NCBI RefSeq assembly: GCF_009914755.1
Contig: NC_060944.1
Origin: the human T2T-CHM13v2.0 reference genome, Homo sapiens
Direction: 5' to 3' (one strand)
Length of the DNA stretch: 64,000 nucleotides
Part shown: positions 33,926-46,483 of the stretch, in pieces
Position numbering within the stretch: the first letter of the stretch is position 1
Layout: the number at the start of each line of letters is the position of its first letter
Made by a program: the position numbers and the translations under genes
Notes under the pieces: generated by a model
Database searches by the model: none
Seen by the model: the letters and a program-made list of their open reading frames with translations, nothing else
Told to the model about the DNA's origin: nothing

Positions 33926-35664
33926 AATGTTGCTGAAGGACTAACACAGCTTTTCGTGGGAGTGCCTGGCACGGCCTGCTGGTAGGAGACACCGTAGGAT
34001 GCTTCCTGTCTCAGAACCTCCCCAGAGCCTCGTGCTGGCCTCATTAAAAATGAGTTAAATTTACTGCCCTAAATTTCCAGAATCAATGGGGAAAGGCCAA
34101 AAAGCAGAAACCAGGATCCCTGGCCCTAAGGAGCCTCCGTTTTCTCATCTGCAATAGGGGACTGGGGGAAGACAGGAGTTACCTGAGAGGATTCTGCCTG
34201 CATCGTGCGCCTGGAGCCCAGTGGGGATTGGATTTCCCAGACACCTTCTCTTCCACTTCTCTCTCTCATGCCTCCTGATCGCTCTCTGAAATTACCTTAT
34301 TTATTTGATTATTTGCTTATTCTCTGTTTTCCCAGCAGACTGTGACTCGAGTAAGCAGAGAGGACTTCCTAGAAGAGGGGACTTGAGTGGGGACAATGGG
34401 ATTAAGAGAGGCAGAAAGTTGGTGGGAGTAAATTCCAGGGAGCATAAGGCATTCAAAACCCAGGGCCCAGAGCAGGGATATCACAGGCGCAGTCTTGACT
34501 TTTGTTCCCTCCCAGAGGCTCAGACTTATGCCATTGGAGAACGGGTCTTTGAAAATTAATTCAATGTTTTATTCATCCTTAAATGCTTTAAAGCTACAAA
34601 TCAAACAGTCACTGGGTGCTTTGCTAACCATGTCCTGGGCTCCTGTGTTGCCAATAACTGTGCTCTTTCACATACCAACCTGACCTTTCTCTGTCCCAGG
34701 CAAATGAATTTCTCCCAGTGTTCATTGCTCTAATTGCATCCACAGTGAGGCAGAGCAAACATCTTCTCCTCCTGGCTTGCATTATGCAAAACCTTAATCT
34801 CCCCAGGTTTCCTAAAGCACTGTGTGATTCGCAGCCTCCCAGTCCAGGAAATGCACTGTTTGATCTGCCAGTCCATATACATTAGATTTACTGGGGCAAA
34901 TAAAGAGCGTTGATACTATAAACTATTGGGAAATAATGAACGCCCCCCCACTACCAGCCCAAGCATGGACATCCCATATATTTGCCTCTTAGGAAAAAAA
35001 ATACATAAGGTTGCTGATCACAAACATATTGTCAGATTTATATCCTGTGTGCAATCAACAAAATGAAGAGGAGAGCGGATTTCTGTCTCGGGCAAACTCT
35101 TGGGCTGTCTGGGGCTGGGGCTGGCCCATCCTGATCTTGGGCTAAATTGGCCTAAAGAAAGACCCCTGGAAGGCAAGGCAGGAAGGTAGCATGCTCAGGG
35201 TTGTAGCAAGAACACACTAAGAGAGAGCTGGCTTTGAAGCCTGGCTATGCACCTTTGTTGCTTTGTGACATTGAGTGGGAAGGTGGCTCAACCCTTCTGG
35301 GCTTCAGTTTCCTCACCTGTCACCAAACCAGACAGCCGAGGGTTAAATGCAGTCCTGGATGGAATCTTTGTTAGGCAGCTTCTGTGCCTGCCAGGCCCTG
35401 GCCTGGGGTCTGGGTAAATAGTGGAGACCATGATAGGCAGGACCTTGACCTCAGGGTGCCCAGAGAGAACAGGCCAGGGAAGAAAGCTGTTGACTGGGTA
35501 ACCTCAGACTATGACAAGGCTTGTGAGAGTGACTGGGGAGAGGACAGTAACATTTACCAGATAACAGAGACTCAACACTATGACAATGGCTGTTGATGAG
35601 CACAGCCCTCTCATACCCTGACCTGACCGTGTAACAGAAACTACGAACAGAAACTAGGGTAACG

Positions 35665-36002
35665 GAAACTGTTACCATAGAATAGTATATCTGGTGAAAA
35701 TACCCTTCAAACATGAGGGAGAAATACTTTCCCAGACAAACAAAAGCTAGGGGATTTCATCAACACCAGACCTGTCCAAAAGAAATGCAAAAGAGAGTTC
35801 TTCAATCTGAAAGAAAATAATGATAATGAGCAATAAGACATCATCTGAAGGTACAAAATTCACTGGCAATAGTAAGTACACTGAAAAACACAGAATATTA
35901 TAACACTATAACTGTGATGTGTAAACACTCTTAAGTAGAAAGATTAAAAGATGAACCAATCAAAAATAATAACTACAACATTTCAAGACATACGCAGTAA
36001 AC
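35665..36002 (+). mobile_element. L1MA/L1PB-like internal fragment (ORF1 end and inter-ORF region)
   Basis: AGAATAGTATATCTGGTGAAAATACCCTTCAAACATGAGG ... TTCCCAGACAAACAAAAGCT ... CACCAGACCTGTC. Confidence 0.75.
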
Positions 36003-36061
36003 ATTCCACCATCATTCTCTTTTTCTCTTTCTCTCCCTCCCTCCCTTCCTTTCTGTCTTTT

Positions 36062-36093
<32 letters not shown>

Positions 36094-36595
36094 GTGGAGC
36101 CAGTTAGAGCCATAAATCCATGCCAATTTGATAACCAGCAGCCACCAGCCATGGGCATGCTGGGTTTTGATGCTGGGTGTCAGGACTGAATGCAGCCAAA
36201 TAAATGCATTCATTAACAGATGTATTATTATTACCATTACTGTTATTCTTTACGTTACCATTTTATAGATGCAGAAACTCTCTCCTACCATGGAATCAGT
36301 CATCAGCAAGACATCTCTCTTTGATATGCATCCTGTCTTCCTTCTCTAAACTCCTTTGCCTGGAGTTGAGTAGGAAAGGTATGTCTTGTTCCTTTGAGTT
36401 CTTAAGCTACTGTCTCTCAGCCAAAAACCCACTCTCCTCCAAGCTGCTTGGTGATATTGGGCAGTGACTGACCCTGCAAATGACCTTTTGACTTTGCTAG
36501 TGACTTCCTGTTGGGCTTTGCCAATGGGGGCACTAGAGGAAGACTTAGAGGCTGGAGAAGAAAGAGAGGACTTGCTCTTTTGTGTATACTTTCTG

Positions 36596-36715
36596 TTCTT
36601 CTTCTTCTTCTTCTTCTTCTTCTTCTTCTTCCTCCTCCTCCTCTTCTTCTTCTTCTTCTTCTTCTTCTTCTTCTTCTTCTTCTTCTTCTTCTTCTTCTTC
36701 TTCTTCTTCTTCTTC
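36596..36715 (+). repeat. (TTC)12(CTC)4(TTC)24 trinucleotide repeat (GAA/TTC)
   Basis: Counted from the sequence; agrees with the F12-L4-F24 run in the ORF track. Confidence 0.97.
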
Positions 36716-36849
36716 GTTTGTTTCCCTGTCAATGTCACTGTAGTACCCTCAAACACACCAGCGTTGTTAATCAGCCAGTGCTAGATAATTTTCAGCCCCA
36801 TCTTCTCACTCTGCAAGGTCCCAGTTGCTACCTCTGTGATACCTCAGTG

Positions 36850-37021
36850 CAGGGGTTGGTTTTTTTTTAAAAGGGTCACATAGTAAATATTTTAGTCTTG
36901 TAAGCCCTATGATCTTTGTTGCAACTATGCGTCTCTGGTCTCGTAGTCATAAACAATATATAGACAAATGGGCATGGCTGTGTTCCAATAAAACTTTATT
37001 TACAAAAACAGCTCACCCCTG
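36850..37021 (+). mobile_element. MER58A (hAT-Charlie)
   Basis: CAGGGG...CCCCTG termini, CCAATAAAACTTTATTTACAAAAACAG core, 8-bp TSD CCT(C/T)AGTG. Confidence 0.82.
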
Positions 37022-37069
37022 CCTTAGTGTTCTCTGTTTGCATTTCAATTCTTCAATACCTAGTTAACG

Positions 37070-37072
<3 letters not shown>

Positions 37073-37103
<31 letters not shown>
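37073..37103 (+). repeat. (AC)~15 microsatellite
   Basis: Direct inspection. Confidence 0.95.
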
Positions 37104-37105
<2 letters not shown>

Positions 37106-37319
37106 TTTTTGTTAAAATAACTAGTATGGTTCAGAAACCATAGTATGAAATTTACAAAGCACCAGATTAACCATCTTATCATTGGAACCTCACTCCCCGT
37201 GAGGTGTGGATTGTGATAACAACAATAAAAGTCCCCTGACTGGACCCTTGCTCAGAAATCAGAATCACAATTATGGTTCACATCTGTCTTACTGAATAAG
37301 TCATTTAATGTACTTGCTA

Positions 37320-38950
37320 CTTTTTGTTCTTCAGGTCCAAAGAGCAAAGTGTCATTAATGTAGTGGACCAGTGCAAGTTTTGTACAATGAAAAGATCATC
37401 AAGAATCTCCAAAGACTATACTGTGGCCAAAAGCAGAAGAGGTAGCATAGCCTTGAGGCAAGGCTGTGAATGTGTACTGTTGGCTCTCATAGGTAAAAGC
37501 AAACTGCTTCTTATAGTCCTTAAAAATTGATCTAGAAAAAATAAAGTATCTGCCAGGTCAATAGCTGCATTTGAGGTGTCAGAGAGTTTGTTGATTTGCT
37601 TAAGCAAAGATAGCATGTCAAGAATAGGGGCTGCAATTCACTTCACCACCTGATTAGGTTTATAGTAATCCACAGCCATTCTCCAAGAACCATCTGCCTC
37701 TACATGGCCAAAGAGGAAAATTAAATGGGAGATCATTGTATTTACCACCTCTGCATCTTTCAAGTCTTTGAGGATGGCACTCATCTCTGCAAGGCACCTA
37801 AAAATGCTATCCTGGCTAGGAGGGAAATTATCCGGGGATTCCACTTGGGCCTTACTACTGTAATAGATTTTACTCTACGAGTCTTTCCCATTGCCAGGAA
37901 ACTTGGAAAACAGCTATAGAGTGTGTCTGCAGGTCTATGGGGTCCACTGTGATTTGAAGTTGGGTCAAAATTCCACTTATTATTTGACTTCTGTAAAGAA
38001 ATCAGGCAAGAGGCTATGACTCCACAGTGATAGTTTGTGGCCATCAGATCTGGAGTTTTTCTATTACGTAGGTAGATCAAATAATGTTTTGATACATTGC
38101 CCATCTACTTCATGTCTGAGGACATCATAATGAATAAGCCATTGCTAAAGATTCCCTGAAAGTCAAAACATTGTAATTACCACTTCTTTTCTTCTGGAAA
38201 ACATGGCAAATATGCCCATCTTGTCTTCAGGGGATAAATGCTGTCACATGTCCTCATCCTCACTGATATCTCCCACCTGGCATCTCCCCCGGCATCTCCA
38301 CCGCCCTGCCTGGCCCATTCAGAGCAGCCACCACGGAGATTTTTAAGGATGCAGGTGCTCCCTCCTTAGCATATTTCTCGATGCCTAAGTGAACAGAGTG
38401 TCTGTCAGCCCCTCTGAGGGCATGTAATGGGCTGGGGGAGTGATGGTGCATGTCATTCATGGTAAAGCCACTCCAACATTCCTATCTCCCGAACCCTTTG
38501 GATATTTTCCCTTACATTGTGCAATGAGCATTCTCCTATCCCACTCTTATTAAATGAGGGCTGCCACTGGGACCAAGTGTAGTTATCAACCAAGTAATCG
38601 GAGCCACTTCCAGCCTTAACGAACTTACTGTGAAATTCAGAATTCCTAGTAAGTGCACCCATATCAATACCTTTACCATGAGGCAGTGTTATATGCTGAC
38701 CTCTTTAGTCTAACACTCTTATCATCTATTCATACACATATTCTGCAGGTTTCTGCTAATGTAAATTAGCAAGATCTTTCCAATGTTTTGGTGTATATGC
38801 TATTTCCTCTTAGGGGGACTTTGTGCTGGTCCCCCTGCAATAGGCTGACATCTGACCCTAGATTAGTAGCAGCAAAGGTGGAGTCTAGGTAGCTTCTTTC
38901 AAGGCAGCCTTCTAATGACCTTGTAAGGAGACATGGGAGGGAGGCTGCTT
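37320..38950 (-). mobile_element. ERV-L (HERV-L/ERVL-class) internal gag-pol remnant
   Basis: Degenerate peptides: RT AILKDLKDAEVV...DGSWRMAVDYYKPNQVV and LLKQIN...AAIDLADTLF; gag MGALTRNSEF...IQRVREIGMLEW and APASLKISVVA. Many stops and frameshifts. Confidence 0.85.
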
Positions 38951-39051
38951 CTACTTGGTTCCTTTTCCATTAAAAAAAAATGTGGTTTTCAATGCCCACT
39001 ACGAAGGCAGATACTTAGTAGGTTTATAATAGATACTTTTTAAATGAATGA

Positions 39052-39267
<216 letters not shown>

Positions 39268-42200
39268 AAGAATAAGGGCCAAGCATTTGAAATTCTATTT
39301 TTTAATTTATAATAAAGTAACTTCCAAATTTCAGTCTTTCCCCCCAGTTAAACCTCATTTAAACAGAACACCTGTCTACCTCCTAAGAAGCTCCTACTCT
39401 GGCTCAGTGGGAAGCCCCTACAGACCAGGCTGGGGGCTGATCCCCGCAAGTCTCCACATCTGGAAACATGATCCCTTGTACCTATTAGGTGCTCAGTAGA
39501 TGTCGGCTGAGTGAATGGATGTGGGGATTTTGCCTCCAGAGGGCTTTTCCAGAGCTACCTGTATCAGCTGGGCACTGGTCACACTTCACCTTCCTTCTCT
39601 GGGTTGCACTCAAAGAGATAAACTGATCTTACTTTCCTGGTGAAAATCCTCTTCCGCTCATAAACTGATACCATTCTAGTGACCAACAGCTAGCCGACCA
39701 TGAGTGTGGTGGGTTCCCGCTGTCAGATCTCAGGGCTGAATGCAAATCCAGCCTTGCCTCAATGGCCCTCTTGGTACCCTCATCCTCTCCAGGGAAGCAG
39801 CTCCTTCCCAGGCACCCTCTATAATCAGTGACAGCATAGATGATTGGTTGAGGCCTTAGCACGGGTAATACAGTCAACATCACTGGTGCCAACCTGAGAG
39901 TCCCTCCTCGCCTTCCAACCTGACTCAACCCCTGTGTGGTCCAAGCACTTGGGAGCCACGAGTTTCAGAACACAGGCTCTGCCCCAGCCCCCGGACATGA
40001 ATCTTGATGGATCCAAGCCAGAGTTCTCAACTTTGTCAGACCCATGACCTCTTCCAAAGAAGAATTGTGCTTAATGTCTCTTTACTGCCCTGAAATGAAA
40101 GTCATAAACAATTAACCTATAACACCATACACCTACTTAAAAACTCATTACAATGCCCTAAGTGGACTATAAAAAGAAATAAAAGGACAATAATTTTTAA
40201 TGAAATAATAACTTGTAATAAATTAAATCATATTTCAATAGGCAAATGAACAGACACAGACACAGGCACACACAGAGATATAACCAATAGTTAGATCCTA
40301 GCCAACTTCTACAGAAGAAGTTTGGATGGAAGAGAAGATCAGGAGTTGCGCTACAACAGAAGGGCAGAAAAATAAAGACACTTGAATATAAATATTATAT
40401 TCGGTGTACGGTAAAATCTTACAAAAATATCTTGTTTTGATATTAAATTGATGTCGGTTCTAGGCTAAGATGATTAAATGGCTCTTCACACAAGAGCGAC
40501 CAGAGGAGAAGTGAAATTCGTGTGGGAAACAGGACGGTCTGTCTTATGTGGACTGTCCTGCGCCTTGGAGGCATCCAGCATTCCCAGCCCCACCCAGCTG
40601 AATGCCAGCAATATTACCAGTCATTGAGCCAAGCCACCCCCACATTTCCATACAACCTCAGAGGCTGTACCTCTCTGGTGAAAAAGCACTGGCCAAACCA
40701 TGATAATTCCACTTCCTCTGCCAGCACCAGGCCTAACAATGCGCTTGGGATGCAATTTTGGCCAAAGTTACAGGCAATCCAATCTGCTGGGGGCTTCTGG
40801 GAAAGGGTTCCAGTCTCTTATAAAAGAGGCACTAGGAAGAGACGCGTTCTTTCTTTTGCTTTCACCTCTTGCACGAGGGTGGGACGCCTGGAGCTGTGGC
40901 GCAATCCTACGAGCTTCAGAGTGCAAGCCTGAGGGTCAGGCCAATGTGGAGAGCACAGTGGGAAGTTGAAAAGAATCAGGGTCCCTGGTGATCCCCACCT
41001 CTGTACCAGCCAAACCAGAAGTGCTAGGAAGTCCACTGGATTTCTTGATTCATGGAGACATAAGATATTGTCCCTATGATGTAAGAACAATAGGATACTT
41101 ATTGTGGATTTCTCTGCTGCTTAAAGCCAAAAGCATCCCACCTGTGACAGGTAGAGTCTTTTTGCTTATTACCATAATCCCTTCTACTTGATAAGCAAAA
41201 CCTTTGAAATGTGCAAAGCGCCAGACTAACCATCTTATCATTGGAACCTCACTCCCTGTGAGTTGTGGATTATGATCCCCATGTACAGACAGGAGCACTG
41301 AGACCAGGGAGGAGGGGAAGTGATTTGCCCAGCGCCAGGCCCTGTGTTGCCCCAGGACAGTGCTCCTCCTCTCCCCCACTGCACCCAGGAAGCCTTTGCT
41401 ATTCTGTGATCTGATGCCTCTTTGGGACTCCATGCTCTAAATATCTACCCCACCCTCATCACCATTTCACATTCTCATTCTTGGGGTGGCGTCCCTGGAT
41501 TGAAGAACTGTGACTCTCGGCATTTCCTACTAAAATATGCATATCTCATCTTAAAAGAACTAATACATATTCATTAGCACAAATAAATTCTTCATTAGTT
41601 CTCAGATATGGCAGGCTTTGAAAGAAATAAGACATGAGACGGGTGAGTTTTGAGCTGAGTTCATTCATCGTGCCAGGGTGAGCTTTCATTTACTCATTCA
41701 CTCAATGAATATTTAGGAGGCACATCCTATGTGCTGGACACTGGGCTATGTCCTGGAGCCACAGCCTCCTACTCTCCATGGCTCCTGCCCTCATGGAGCT
41801 GGCCTTCTAGTGGGATGGCACAGTCAAAACCATAAGCAAGATAATCGCAGATTCGATAAACCCCAAGGAGGAACTTGTACAGCCTGATGGAATCAAATGT
41901 GACTCCACAGGGACTCCCTTAGTCAGGGCGGTCAGTGAGGGTCCCCTGGTGGAGGAGAAATGTGAGCTAAGACCCAGAGGATGAGGAAGCCAGCCATGAC
42001 AAGATCTGGAGGGAGAGCATTTTAGGCCCAGCAAGTGCAAAGGCCCTGAGGTGGGCATGTGCTTGATGCCAAGTGAGCAGGGGAGGGAGGTGTGCAGTGA
42101 AGGTAGGGACCAGATCACATAGGATCTTGGATTTTATTTCAAGAGCAATGGGAAGTCATTGAAGATTGTAGATGACAGAGTGGCATCATCTCTCTTGCAC

Positions 42201-42752
42201 TTTATAATGCTCGCTCTTGTGGCTGGAAGAATGGATCATGGAAGCAAGCACAGATCGAGGAGGCCCCATAGGAGGCTGTCTCAGTCCACCAGCTTGGATT
42301 AGGAGGTCATGGACAAGGTGTGAGCCGTGGATGGAACTTGGAGGGCATGCTGTCCATGGGCTGGGGTCCAGGATACAAGGTACAAGCTGCACTGCACAGG
42401 ACTGTCTTGTGGGTGTAGGCATCAGGACTGGGAAGGCCCACAATGGGACAGGCCCTGCTCCCACTGCAGCACGGGCCTGTGAGTATGGCCCATTGTGCCC
42501 GGGGAGCCTGGCATGAGGGAAGAGTGACAGCATGCAGAGCGGGCAGCAGGATCGAAAGAGGCCAGAGAGAAACCCTGAATCCTTACTCTATGGAGGACTG
42601 GAAACTCAGGAGGGCACTGTCAGATCAGGCAGAGGACCCGGTGACCCAGGGCCAGACTGGACTGTGTGCCCTGGAATGTTCTGTGCCCCGATGCCACTTC
42701 CTGGATGTGCAGGATAGACACTCAAGAGTTCACTCAAAAGCAACAGGACTAA

Positions 42753-43123
<371 letters not shown>

Positions 43124-44772
43124 ATACGATGCATAATCTATATGATGACTGTGTGTGTGTTTACTCTCCAGGTAAGAGGGGAGGAAATAATAATAACAGT
43201 TGGCACTCACTGTGCATTTACAATGCTGGAGGCATTTGCTAAGCACTTGAACCAGCTGATTGCTCCAAGTCCCACGATAACCCTGGGAGGGAGGTACTTT
43301 CATTTACTCCCCTTTGACAGGTGAGAAAACTGAGGCTCAGAGTGGTCACGTCCAAGAACACACAGCCAGCAAGTGGCAGAGCTGGAATCTGAGCCGAGGC
43401 CCATCTGGCGGCTCCTCATTCTGGGATCAGGCTGAAGCCACTGTGGGGCATCGGTGGTGACACTGAGGGCTAGGGCAGGTGTGCAGGGAGCAGTGGCCCA
43501 GCAGCTGTAGGCTCTGCGCCCTCTGCCACATCCAGCCCTCAGAGCACCCATTCAGGGTCAGAACCCAGCATAGACTTTAATCCCGCAGTTCTGGCAGCTG
43601 GAGGGGAGGGGATGCCCGTGGGCAGAGGTTCTGTGGAATTGGCAGAACCCTTCCCCACCCCACACTCAGCCACAGGCTTCATCCTCTCATCTCCCAGCTT
43701 TGTCTGGAATGGTCTCCTCTTTCGAGTAAACCCTACTGATTCTGCCTAATTAGCTCTTCATATGAAATCCCCAGTTACTCTGGGAGCAGCCTCCATGGCG
43801 GATCTCCCTGGAGCACGGAGGTGGAGACGCAGGCGAACACACCTCTCTGCAAACTGAATGGATGCAATTGGTCCCCAGGGCCTGAGTCTAACATGGGCCC
43901 TGGGCCTCACTTTCCCAGAAGGCCTGGATTCCTAAATGTGGGAGTCACCTTCAAATGAGGCTGCGTCTAGAGTCTCAGAGAAACGAGGACTGTGAGGACC
44001 CAGTAGCCCCCTTGGGGCAGTCACCCACAGCCTGGCGCTGATCAAAGGCTTTGCCTGCCCCTCCAACCCCGACACCGGGAACATGCGGTTGGGAGCCCAT
44101 GCTGCAGATGGGGAAACCGAGACACAGACGAGTCAAGTGACTTGCCCAGGAATCCAAACCCAGGAATCCGGACCCAGGGAGTCCGGCCACAAAGCTCAGG
44201 CACTGACCCACGAGCCCTAATCCCCATCTTTACAGCCCCCTCCTTCCCGTCCTCACGCCCAGATGCACCTGGGATGAACGTACTTTTACAAAGTCAATGT
44301 AGTTCTTATTTCCTGAACAGCACCACGATAAAGAGTTCGTTTGTTCCTTCAACATTTCAGCCAGCCCGTGGTTTCTATAGCCCTTTCTTGGCATTCCTTC
44401 ACTTTTAATACACTGGAAGCCCCAAGAGGGAAGCCCCCTGGGTCTTTCCTTGGTGACCTGCTTCTGCCAGCAGCGAGTGGGGCTGCGGGTGGGGACCCAG
44501 GACCTGGGACAGGACAAATCCCGGCTCAGAGGCTCCTTGACTGCGTGCCCCTCGGGGAGCGCCTTCCCCCTTCAGCTCCTTCAGCTCCACAGTGGGAGGA
44601 CAGCGACAACCATGGTGCCCCCCTAGGGCTCTCGTGAGGATTCAGTGAGGTGATGTGCACAGCCTGCGACACACAGTAGGGGTTCAATCAGCACCAAGCA
44701 TCAGTGTCCCTGCAGTCCCTATGGGGCACGGGGATCTGCCTCACCTGTTAATCAGGAGGAGGAAGGCGAGTC

Positions 44773-45067
44773 TTTCCTTTTCTTTTTGGAGTCAGTCTCT
44801 CACTCCATCACCCAGGCTGGAGTGGAGCAGTGGTTTGATCATGGCTCACTGCAGCCTCGACCTCCCTAGGCTCGGGTGATCCTCCCACCTCAGCCTGGGA
44901 CCACAGGCTTGCACCACCACCCCAAGCTAATTTTTTTTCTTTATTTTTAATAGAGACAGGGTCTCACTATGTTACCCAGGCTGGTCTCAAACTCCTGCGC
45001 TCAAGCAATCCTCCAGCCTCAGCCTCCCAAAGTGCTGGGATGACAGGCGTGAGTCAGGGCACCTGGC
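44773..45067 (-). mobile_element. AluJ
   Basis: Reverse dimer with J-type CTGCAGCCTCGACCTCC and CTCAAGCAATCCTCC. Confidence 0.88.
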
Positions 45068-46464
45068 TCTAGACTTTCGTCGACGCCCTTTCTGGCTCAG
45101 ACATTCTGAGCCTCCACCATCGGGTAGGGTCAGACCTTCTGAGCCTCTGCCATCCAGACAGACCCAGATGGATCAGAGGAGGGTGCGAGGGTGAGGGTGA
45201 GGCAGAGTGTTCCCAGTCCCTCTTTATGGCCAAGACTCTGCAAACAGGACATGGATCTGGCTTGGATAGGACACAGATGTGACAGCCCTCATGTCTCCCC
45301 AGCCTCAGTGCCCCAGGACCCCCTGCCCTCTTCCTGACAGCAGGGGATGTGAGGGAAGGAGGGCAGCCCTGCATCCCACACCCAGGCCCCCTCCCCTCCC
45401 CTGATACCCAGCAGCCACGGGTCCATCGTCTTCCAGTGTCAGCCACGCACCATGAAAACAGATACCACCCACCGGGGCCATTCCTGTGCTGTTTTTCAAA
45501 GAGCTGTTTGGGCCAAAAGCCAGCAATGCAAGTCTGTGTGCCCTGCAGGGCTGGCCCTCCTCCAGCTCTTCATCTCTGAACCTCCTGTCCCTGGAGCAGC
45601 TCATCTCAGCCCTGCCAGTGTCTGGAAAGTGCCCATCATCACCTACAGCTCTAGGAGGGCTCTGGCGAAGCACAAATCAGGACCTGAGAGCATCTCCCGT
45701 TACCCATCAGCCCCGTGGCGGTGACATGTGTCCAGCAGGCAGCAGAGCCACTGGGAGGGGCACAGGGTGGGTTGGCTCTGATTGGAGCGGACATGGCAAG
45801 AAGGATCTGGAGGTGGAAGCCAGGGCAGCAGGGCCAGCTGCAGGGTGGGGGTGCTCGGGCAGCCCAGCATGGGGAACTGGAGCCTGGAAAGTGCTGGAAG
45901 GGAAACATTGCAGGAAGCAGGAGGACAGGGAAGCACCCACCCCACATGCTGGGCAGAGGCTGGCTAGGGACCCGCCCTGGGAGTGGATGGACTTGAATCC
46001 TGGGCCCCTCTGCTGAGACCCTCAGGACTTCGGGATGGGAAAACAGAACAGCACAGGGCCGCTGCAGTGACCCAGGGAGAGGAGCTGAGCCAAGCCACCC
46101 TCACGCACCCAAGGACCTGCCCCTGGGCCACACCCCAGACAGAGCCCCGGGCTCAGGGTCTGGAGCCACACGGCCTGGGCTCAAATCCAGCCACTGTCCT
46201 TGTGAGCAAACTTTGGCTGCAATAATGGGAGGTGCAGCTGGTGAAGGCGCTGGCAGCGGAGGCATTTCCTTAGCATCCCTCTCCTAACCACCCCTGCCCC
46301 ACTCCAGCCCTCCAGGGAACGCTACCAGTGCCCGGAGGGAGGCAGCTTCAGGCTTGGCTTTCGGCCTCCCCTGCCTGCAAACCCCGAGCTCCAGGCTTGC
46401 AGTGGGAGCCTCCCAGGAGCTCTGGGCAGGAGGCCCGCAAGGCTAGGCGGGGCGCCCTGGCCCA

Positions 46465-46483
46465 CAGCGCCATCTAGTGGCCG
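46465..46483 (-). promoter_or_regulatory. CTCF binding motif
   Basis: Minus strand reads CGGCCACTAGATGGCGCTG, a full match to the CTCF core CCASYAGRKGGCRS, in a GC/CpG-rich patch. Confidence 0.8.

Larger units (their letters stand above)
36270..37250 (+). mobile_element. LTR33-like ERV-L LTR, interrupted by (TTC)n, MER58A, (CA)n and a templated patch
   Basis: GGCTTTGCCAATGGGGGCACTAGAGG, AAATAACTAGTATGGTT and CCTGACTGGACCCT terminal motifs; family from memory. Confidence 0.5.

Noticed and set aside
36346-36870. Poly-Lys / poly-Phe / poly-Leu ORFs
   Set aside because: Translations of the TTC microsatellite.
37320-38950. Possible domesticated ERV-L gag/pol gene
   Set aside because: Fragmented by many stops, frameshifts and deletions; no long intact frame.
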